Of a DNA stretch of 32,000 nucleotides, positions 24,869 through 32,000 are shown piece after piece. Origin of the DNA: Propionibacterium ruminifibrarum (lineage in GTDB: Bacteria > Actinomycetota > Actinomycetes > Propionibacteriales > Propionibacteriaceae). The position numbers and the translations under genes were made by a program. The stretch lies in contig NZ_OMOH01000014.1 in NCBI RefSeq assembly GCF_900289195.1, positions 17,488 through 49,487 on the forward strand, written 5' to 3'. Numbering within the stretch: the stretch's first letter is position 1; each line of letters begins with the position of its first letter. A model generated the notes under the pieces. It was given only the letters and a program-made list of their open reading frames with translations. It had not been told where the DNA came from and ran no database searches.

Positions 24869-27130
24869 TCACTGCTGCGCCGCGCCGTCCTTCACCCGGT
24901 CCTGCCCGCCGAGGCGCCGGTACAGCCTGGCCAGCGGCTCGGGGGCCCACCAGTTCCACTGCCCGAGCACCGTCATCGTCGCCGGCACGAGCAGCAGCCT
25001 CACGAGGGTGGCGTCGGCGGCGACCATGATGGCCAGTCCCACCCCGATCTGCTTGATGGCGATCATCTCGCCCGAGACGAAACCCAGGAAGACGGCGATG
25101 ATGATGGCGGCCGCCGAGGTGATGATCCGCCCCGAGCGCTGCAGGCCGCGGGCGACTGCCTCGTCGTTGTCGTAGCCGGCCTGCCAGTACTCGGCGATGC
25201 GGGCCAGCAGGAAGACCTCGTAGTCCATCGCCAGGCCGAAGCCGAAGGCCATGAGGCAGGCCACGATGAAGGTCTCCAGACCTGCGGTGCGCGGCAGCCC
25301 CAGGTGGCCGCCCTCGAACAGCCAGGCCGTCGCCCCCAGTGAGGCGACCAGCGAGAAGGTGTTGATGATGAGCGCCTTCAGCGGGACGACGAACGAGCCG
25401 GTCATGCAGAACAGCAGCACGAGGACGGCCGCGACGACGATGAGCGCCGCCCAGGGCGCGCCCTGTGCGATCGAGTCGGTGAAGTCGGTCTGCTGGGCTG
25501 CCTGTCCGCCCACCCAGACCCGGTAGCCGGGGTCCATCGCGCGGATCTGGTCGACGGCGTCGGTGGCTCGCGGGCCGACCGGGTCGTCCACGTCCATGAG
25601 GACGCTGATGAGCGTCATGTGCTCGTGGTCGGCAAGATCGGTGGCCGTGACGTGGGTGACGCCGTCCATGGCGCCGAGGTCTGACACGAACCCGGCCGTG
25701 TCGGGCGGGTCGGTCTGCGCGACGATGCTGATCGTCGGGCTGGCCAGCGCCGGGTAGTCCTCCTGGAGGATGTCGTAGCCGGCGTGCACGTCGGAGCCGG
25801 CGGGCATGTACTCGGCGAAGTTGGTGCGCAGGCGCAGCGAGCCGATGGGGGAGGCCATGGCGGCCAGCAGCGCGACGACGGCGAGCATGACGATCCACGG
25901 GTGCGCCACGACGCGGCGCGACAGGCGGCTGAACACGCCGTCGTCGGACGAGCTGTCGCCCACTGCGGCGAGCACGCGCCGCAGCCCCGGCACCCGGCTC
26001 AGGGCGCTGGGGCGGACGAGGCGGGCGCCGAGCAGCGTGATGATCGCCGGCACGAGCGTGAGCGTGCACGACACGGCGAGCAGGGTGACGATGACCGCGC
26101 CGGCGCCGATCGTCCTGAGGATGGGGGAGCGCATGACGAACAGGCCGGCGATCGAGCAGGCGATGGTCAGCGCCGAGAACGAGACGGTGCGGCCCGCGGT
26201 GGCGACCGTGCGCACGACGGTGGCCCTCACGAGGGCCTTCATCTCGTCCCCGGCGGGCAGTTCGCCGCCCGCCCCGGCCAGCTGGGCGGCCGCCTCCTCG
26301 CGGTAACGGCTGACGAGCAGCAGGCCGTAGTCGATCGACAGGGCCAGTCCGATGATCGAGATGACGTTGAGGATGAAGGAGTTGACGTCCTGGACGAAGG
26401 TGAGGCACCACAGTGCGCCCAGACCGACGAGGATCGAGACGACCGCCCCGACCAGCGGCAGCCCCGCGGCGAGCAGGCCGCCGAAGACGATCACCAGCAG
26501 GACGAGCGCCACCGGCAGGCTCACCGACTCACCTCGCACGAGGTCCTCCTGCACCAGGTCGGTGATGGAGTCGGCGATGAGGGTGGTCGACACGGTGTGC
26601 GCGTTCGCCGTGGCGTCGTACTCGTGCAGCGCGTCGAGCCAGGCCCCCTGGGCGGCCTCGGCGACCCGTTCGTTGGCGTCCTGGGACTCGTGGTCGCCGA
26701 GCCCCTCGTCGAGGGTGACGAGCGTGGCGAAGCCGTCGCCGTTGCTCGACAGCAGCGCCAGGGCCTCCTGCGATGTGGGGTCGGGCAGCATGAAGGCGTC
26801 ATGGACGGAGGCGACGCCGTCGATGCCGGCCAGCTCGCCGCGGGCCGCGGTGGCCGCCGCCGCGACCCCCGGCCAGTCGCCCGCCACGTCGACCCCGCCG
26901 GCGACGACGATGACCGTCTCGCCGCTGTCGTCGTCGGAGAGGGTCAGCGAGTAGACGACCTCGGAGTCGCTGTCGGGCGTCGTGGCCTCCGTGCTCGCCA
27001 GCCGGTCGAAGAGACCACCGGTGCCCAACCCCTGGACGGCCAGGGTGGTCATGACCGCCAGCAGCACCGCCCACCCGATGACGAAACCCACCGGGTGACC
27101 GGACACGACGCGGCCGATACGGGTGAACAT
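24869..27130 (-). CDS. MMPL-family (RND superfamily) membrane transporter
   Basis: 753 aa. Two repeated halves each have a TM bundle plus an extracytoplasmic loop, and conserved MMPL-like blocks are present (LSIDYGLLLVSRYREE, GLAMDYEVFLLARI). AAGGGAG lies 6 nt before ATG 27130. Confidence 0.85.
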   Translation of the reverse strand: MFTRIGRVVSGHPVGFVIGWAVLLAVMTTLAVQGLGTGGLFDRLASTEATTPDSDSEVVYSLTLSDDDSGETVIVVAGGVDVAGDWPGVAAAATAARGELAGIDGVASVHDAFMLPDPTSQEALALLSSNGDGFATLVTLDEGLGDHESQDANERVAEAAQGAWLDALHEYDATANAHTVSTTLIADSITDLVQEDLVRGESVSLPVALVLLVIVFGGLLAAGLPLVGAVVSILVGLGALWCLTFVQDVNSFILNVISIIGLALSIDYGLLLVSRYREEAAAQLAGAGGELPAGDEMKALVRATVVRTVATAGRTVSFSALTIACSIAGLFVMRSPILRTIGAGAVIVTLLAVSCTLTLVPAIITLLGARLVRPSALSRVPGLRRVLAAVGDSSSDDGVFSRLSRRVVAHPWIVMLAVVALLAAMASPIGSLRLRTNFAEYMPAGSDVHAGYDILQEDYPALASPTISIVAQTDPPDTAGFVSDLGAMDGVTHVTATDLADHEHMTLISVLMDVDDPVGPRATDAVDQIRAMDPGYRVWVGGQAAQQTDFTDSIAQGAPWAALIVVAAVLVLLFCMTGSFVVPLKALIINTFSLVASLGATAWLFEGGHLGLPRTAGLETFIVACLMAFGFGLAMDYEVFLLARIAEYWQAGYDNDEAVARGLQRSGRIITSAAAIIIAVFLGFVSGEMIAIKQIGVGLAIMVAADATLVRLLLVPATMTVLGQWNWWAPEPLARLYRRLGGQDRVKDGAAQQ

Positions 27131-27158
27131 GGCGGCTCCCTTGTCTGGCTACCCGAGC

Positions 27159-27164
27159 ATTATC
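27159..27164 (-). promoter_or_regulatory. Possible -10 box (GATAAT) for the MMPL gene
   Basis: The minus strand reads GCGATAATGC about 29 nt upstream of the ATG. No convincing -35 is present. Confidence 0.25.
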
Positions 27165-27202
27165 GCAGCGGCCAGGGCGCAGGATCGCTGCCCCTTAGGT
27201 CT

Positions 27203-27229
27203 CGTCGTGCCCGGTTCCCGGGCACGACG
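27203..27229 (-). terminator. Perfect 12-bp hairpin between tRNA-Thr and the MMPL gene
   Basis: CGTCGTGCCCGG-TTC-CCGGGCACGACG. It lies upstream of the putative MMPL -10 box, so it more likely terminates upstream transcription (or acts as an operator) than forms a 5'UTR element. Confidence 0.4.
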
Positions 27230-27547
27230 GCTTGGGCGTCCGGCCTGCCCGCCGTGAGTCCCGAAACCGGGCCGGAGAGTGCGCTGCACCTGGGCAGGCT
27301 CACACCGGTCCGCAGCACCGAGGCCTCATGTCTCGGACAGCGGTCAGTGTGGGGGTTGGGTGCCGGTGATGCGTTGGCGTGCGAGGGCTGCCAGGGCGAC
27401 GGCGGCCACCCAGGTTGAAGCAAGTACCGGCGACCGAAACATCATCGCCCATCGAGCGCACACTGTGCGGGGTGCGGACCAGATCTTGTGCTCGATGAAG
27501 GGCGTCTCATCCGAGCAGGCATCCCAGCGATGGGGCCGTCCCATGTC

Positions 27548-27623
27548 GTGGAGCCCCCGGAGGGAGTCGAACCCTCGACCCTTCGCTTACAAGGCGAATG
27601 CTCTGGCCGCTGAGCTACGGAGG
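27548..27623 (-). tRNA. tRNA-Thr (anticodon UGU), CCA encoded
   Basis: The reverse complement folds as a cloverleaf: acceptor GCCTCCG/CGGGGGC, D stem GCTC/GAGC, anticodon stem TTCGC/GCGAA with loop CTTGTAA, T arm GAGGG-TTCGACT-CCCTC, discriminator T, CCA. Total length is 76 nt. Confidence 0.9.
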
Positions 27624-27635
27624 CGTCGCCGGACT

Positions 27636-27662
27636 GGCCGGCTGCCCGCTCGGCGGGGCCGG
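27636..27662 (-). terminator. GC hairpin between manA stop and tRNA-Thr
   Basis: GCCGGC(TG)CCCGC-TCG-GCGGGGCCGGC. It ends 13 nt before the tRNA 5' end and starts about 75 nt after the manA stop. Confidence 0.35.
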
Positions 27663-27736
27663 CGAGCAAGAACCATTGTGCCGTCCCGCACCGGATCCGG
27701 CCAATCGCCGACGGCTACGGCCGTGCGGGGTCCTGC

Positions 27737-28927
27737 TCAGTCGGGTTCGCCGGAGGCCGCGATGAAGGCCAGGCAGTTGCCGCGCAGGCGGATCTGCTCG
27801 TCGGCCTCGAAGAAGACCGACTGTCCCTGGTGTATCTCGCCGAGGTCGCCGCCCTGTCCGTCCTGGATCATGACGTGGCCCTCGATGACGAGCAGGATCC
27901 GCGCGCGGCCGGCGCCGGGCAGCTCGGCCGGGCGGTCCAGCGCCAGTTCGGCCCGCCACAGCGAGAACTCGGGGTCGTCGGTCGGGTAGTACGCGATGCC
28001 GGCTCCGATGGGGGATGCCGTGATGATGTCGGGCTCTCCCGGCATGAAACGCAGCAGCGAGACGAGGGCGTCGACATCGATGTGCTTCGGGGTCAGGCCG
28101 CCGCGCACGACGTTGTCCGAACTCGCCATGATCTCGATTCCGGTGCCGTTCAGGTAGGCGTGCAGCACGCCGGCCGGGACGTGCAGCCCCTGTCCGGCGC
28201 TCAGGTGCACGTGGTTGAGCAGGAGCGCGGCGAGGATCGTCGGATCGCTGGGGTAGAACTCGTCTAGGTGGATGGCCAGGCGCGCGAAGTCCCCCGTCGG
28301 CCCCTTGTCGTCGGCGTGGTCGAGCGCCGCGCTGAGTACGCCGTTGATCATGGCCTGGTGCGCCTCGTCGGGGCACAGGCACTCCAGGAAGACCTCGGCC
28401 AGGCCGGCCTCGGCGCCACGATGGCGCAGGGGACCGATCAGCGGCTCCAGCGACTCGCGTGGCTTGAGGGCGTCGAAGAGCTCGGCCGTCCTGAGCGGGT
28501 CACGGAAGCCCCACAGGGCCTCGAAGGGACCGAGCGCGACGAGCAGTTCCGGCTTGGGCCAGGTGTCCTTGTAGGTACGCGTGGGGTCGTCGATCGGGAT
28601 GCCCAGGGCCTCCTCGGCCGCGAAACCGGCGAGTGCCTGGTCGTGCGAGGGATGGGCCTGGAGGCTCAGCGGACGGGCCGCCGCCAGGATCTTCAGCAGA
28701 TAGGGGAACTGCCCGTCGAAGCGTTCCCGGGCCGCCCCGAGGACCTCGGGTCTGGCGGCGACGACCTGGTCGAGTGTCGTGTCGCCGACGACCGCCGGAC
28801 TGGTGGGGTGAGCGCCCAGCCAGTACTCGGCCTGAGGCATGCCGTCGGGTTCCCTGCAGAGAATCGCCGGGATGGCGTCAGGGGAACCCCAGGCGTAGTT
28901 CTTCACGACGCCCGTCAGTGGTCGCAT
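27737..28927 (-). CDS. manA: Mannose-6-phosphate isomerase, class I
   Basis: ATG 28927 (MRPLTGVVKNYAWGS) has AAGGAAGGA 7 nt upstream. PMI type-I motifs are present (NYAWGS, PLSLQAHPS, HAYLNGTGIEIMASSDNVVRGGLT). Confidence 0.85.
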   Translation of the reverse strand: MRPLTGVVKNYAWGSPDAIPAILCREPDGMPQAEYWLGAHPTSPAVVGDTTLDQVVAARPEVLGAARERFDGQFPYLLKILAAARPLSLQAHPSHDQALAGFAAEEALGIPIDDPTRTYKDTWPKPELLVALGPFEALWGFRDPLRTAELFDALKPRESLEPLIGPLRHRGAEAGLAEVFLECLCPDEAHQAMINGVLSAALDHADDKGPTGDFARLAIHLDEFYPSDPTILAALLLNHVHLSAGQGLHVPAGVLHAYLNGTGIEIMASSDNVVRGGLTPKHIDVDALVSLLRFMPGEPDIITASPIGAGIAYYPTDDPEFSLWRAELALDRPAELPGAGRARILLVIEGHVMIQDGQGGDLGEIHQGQSVFFEADEQIRLRGNCLAFIAASGEPD

Positions 28928-29076
28928 GAGTGGTCCTTCCTTGATGTGGCGCGCAGTCACAGACCGACCGACCCCCTTGGACCGCCTGTGTCAGGTCTTC
29001 CCGCTTATAGTGTCACGGACCCACTTGCTTCGCCATGCGGGACGCCCATGCGGGGGGCATTGCCAGGGCAGCCATG

Positions 29077-29109
29077 AATGACAGCGGTGTCATTCCGGTG
29101 GGCTAGAAT
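29077..29109 (+). promoter_or_regulatory. Palindromic operator plus -10 box of a probably leaderless DUF3263 gene
   Basis: AATGACA-GCGG-TGTCATT (29077-29094), then TAGAAT (29104-29109). The -10 box ends 6 nt before ATG 29116 and no SD is present. Confidence 0.4.
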
Positions 29110-29115
29110 CGGGGC

Positions 29116-29394
29116 ATGTCCCAGGTGATGCACGAGACCGACCGGGCCGGCGTCCTGTCCGAGCGCGACGCCGCCATCCTCGACTTCGAGAAGTCCTGGT
29201 GGACGGCCCGTGTCTCCAAGGAGCAGGAGATCCGCGACCGCTTCGGTCTGTCATCGGCCCGCTACTACCAGATCCTCAACGCCCTCATCGACCGCCCCGA
29301 GGCCCTCGAGCACGACCCCCTGCTGGTCAAGCGCCTGCGTCGCCTGCGTGAACAGCGTCACCGTGATCGCTCGGCTCACCGGCTGGCTCGCTGA
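29116..29394 (+). CDS. DUF3263-family small protein
   Basis: 92 aa (LSERDAAILDFEKSWW...GLSSARYYQILNALIDRPEALEHDPLLVKRLRRLRE), which matches my memory of the actinobacterial DUF3263 family. Confidence 0.7.
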   Translation: MSQVMHETDRAGVLSERDAAILDFEKSWWTARVSKEQEIRDRFGLSSARYYQILNALIDRPEALEHDPLLVKRLRRLREQRHRDRSAHRLAR

Positions 29395-29560
29395 CCCCTC
29401 CTCTTCCTTTCTCCCGGCTCCTGGTCGCTCCCCTGTCGGCGGGGTCCCGCGCGTCTGCGCGAGCAGCGGCGCCGGGGGCCAGACTCATCTGTCTCATCCC
29501 CTGCGCCCACTAGGCTTCTGCGGATTGAGTCAAGGAGGCTCAACTCTGCGATCAAAAACT

Positions 29561-29587
29561 TTTGCACTCGCCATGTTCGAGTGCTAA
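29561..29587. promoter_or_regulatory. CIRCE operator 1 (HrcA binding site)
   Basis: TTTGCACTC-N9-GAGTGCTAA, against the consensus TTAGCACTC-N9-GAGTGCTAA. Confidence 0.85.
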
Positions 29588-29591
29588 AAAT
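29562..29591 (+). promoter_or_regulatory. Candidate groEL promoter overlapping CIRCE-1
   Basis: TTGCAC (29562-29567), 17-nt spacer, TAAAAA(T) (29585-29591). Confidence 0.35.
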
Positions 29592-29595
29592 GTGG

Positions 29596-29622
29596 TCAGC
29601 ACTCGGTGTGGCTGAGTGCCAC
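29596..29622. promoter_or_regulatory. CIRCE operator 2 (degenerate)
   Basis: TCAGCACTC-N9-GAGTGCCAC. The core AGCACTC/GAGTGC is conserved. It starts 8 nt after CIRCE-1. Confidence 0.7.
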
Positions 29623-29639
29623 CCGAGGATCGGGGGTGA

Positions 29640-31385
<1,746 letters not shown>

Positions 31386-31417
31386 TCCGCCACCCTGAGA
31401 TGACTCGCTGAGTCCTT

Positions 31418-31451
31418 GTGAGAGGCCGGCCCGCCTGCGGGCCGGTCTCTC
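31418..31451 (+). terminator. groEL terminator hairpin
   Basis: TGAGAGGCCGGCCCG-CCTG-CGGGCCGGTCTCTCA (15 bp with one G-U pair), followed by CGCGTTTC, 33 nt after the stop. Confidence 0.65.
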
Positions 31452-31706
31452 ACGCGTTTCACCGGGCGGGGAATCGGTCGAGCCCAGACGGCTGGATGCA
31501 GGACCACTCTCGACGCCCGGTCGTCGAGGGCGGCAGCGGCTCGGGGTGGATGGGCGCAGGGCCTGGACCGGGAGGCACGGGAGGGACGCCGGTTCGTGAC
31601 CGCCTCGCGTGGCACGTACCCTTGCCCGCGATGGCAACAAAGTGGTGGTTGACTAGGGTATTGGCTGGGTTGTTGCAGTGGGCCGGGGTGCTGATGGAGG
31701 ACTCGG

Positions 31707-31735
31707 CTTGCGTCCCGGTGGTGATCGGGGTAATG
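31707..31735 (+). promoter_or_regulatory. Candidate upstream promoter of a putative rrn operon
   Basis: TTGCGT (31707-31712), 17-nt spacer, TAATGT (31730-31735). Confidence 0.3.
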
Positions 31736-31856
31736 TTCTCCGAGCTGCCGCAAGGCAGTGTGACAACTCAAGAAGGGCTTCCGGCAAGGGTTTCAGGTGC
31801 CTCTCGGCTGCTGATCTCGAGCTGGTCGTCCTGCTGGATCTCGGGTAGATCCGATT

Positions 31857-31884
31857 TTGAAATCGGCTGCGCGAGGTCTACAAT
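31857..31884 (+). promoter_or_regulatory. Candidate strong sigma-A type promoter
   Basis: TTGAAA (31857-31862), 16-nt spacer, TACAAT (31879-31884), in a locally AT-richer non-coding stretch. Confidence 0.45.
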
Positions 31885-31935
31885 GAATGGGCTGCCGCCG
31901 TGGTGCTGGTTTTGTGCTGGTGTTGTGGTGTGTGG

Positions 31936-31961
31936 TTGTTTCTTGATAACTCAACAGCGTG
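31936..31961 (+). promoter_or_regulatory. rRNA-operon leader element (boxA-like antitermination region)
   Basis: GTTGTTTCTTGATAACTCAACAGCGTGC resembles the TTGAGAACTCAA(C/T)AG(C/T)GTG leader motif I recall upstream of actinobacterial 16S genes. T-rich sequence follows to the window end. The 16S gene itself is not in the window. Confidence 0.45.
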
Positions 31962-32000
31962 CTTCTAGTTTTTTGTTTTGATTGGGTGCCAATCTTTTTG

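Noticed and set aside
27344-27445. Small ORF MMFRSPVLASTWVAAVALAALARQRITGTQPPH on the minus strand downstream of tRNA-Thr.
   Set aside because: Many A/T-ending codons (TTT, GTA, CTT, GCT, TCA, GCA, CAA, CCA) are atypical for this genome. There is no SD and I recognise no family.
27548-27623. tRNA-Thr as an integration hotspot with an adjacent island.
   Set aside because: There is no integrase and no direct repeat of the tRNA 3' half nearby. Flanking genes (manA, MMPL) have native-looking composition.
31418-31981. 187-aa ORF after groEL.
   Set aside because: It spans the groEL terminator and promoter-like AT-richer leader sequence. Its composition is Gly/Trp/Arg-rich and its codon phasing is poor.

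Overview
GC-rich chromosomal segment with strong GC3 skew and actinobacterial gene content: MsiK-type orphan sugar ATPase, MMPL transporter, DUF3263 and DUF4032 proteins, CIRCE-controlled standalone groEL. The lactate-utilisation genes hint at a propionibacterium-like lactate user (inference only). Order of units: (1) lctP-lutABC lactate operon (+). (2) A small acidic hypothetical gene (+) convergent with a minus-strand run of msiK, metB and a DUF4032 kinase-like gene. (3) A metN-metI-metQ-metQ' methionine ABC importer followed by an M20 amidohydrolase (+). (4) A tightly coupled five-gene minus-strand operon joining an ECF importer module (T, fused A-A' ATPase, MptD/Trep_Strep-type S component) to two type-I ABC exporter half-transporters. 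This is the most unusual system in the window and its substrate is unknown. (5) A DedA-like protein, a macro-domain protein, and a small 4-TM protein coupled to a 2TM/tandem-RCK K+ channel with a non-canonical filter. (6) An MMPL transporter, tRNA-Thr(UGU), manA, a probably leaderless DUF3263 gene, groEL behind two CIRCE operators, and what looks like an rRNA-operon promoter/leader at the right edge. I found no CRISPR array, transposase, integrase or recognisable defence genes. The more interesting non-coding signals are an anti-SD/SD helix upstream of metB, a roughly 440-bp structured leader upstream of metN with no recognisable SAM-riboswitch core, and a mosaic tandem metQ duplication. All family assignments rest on motif recognition by eye, not on searches.
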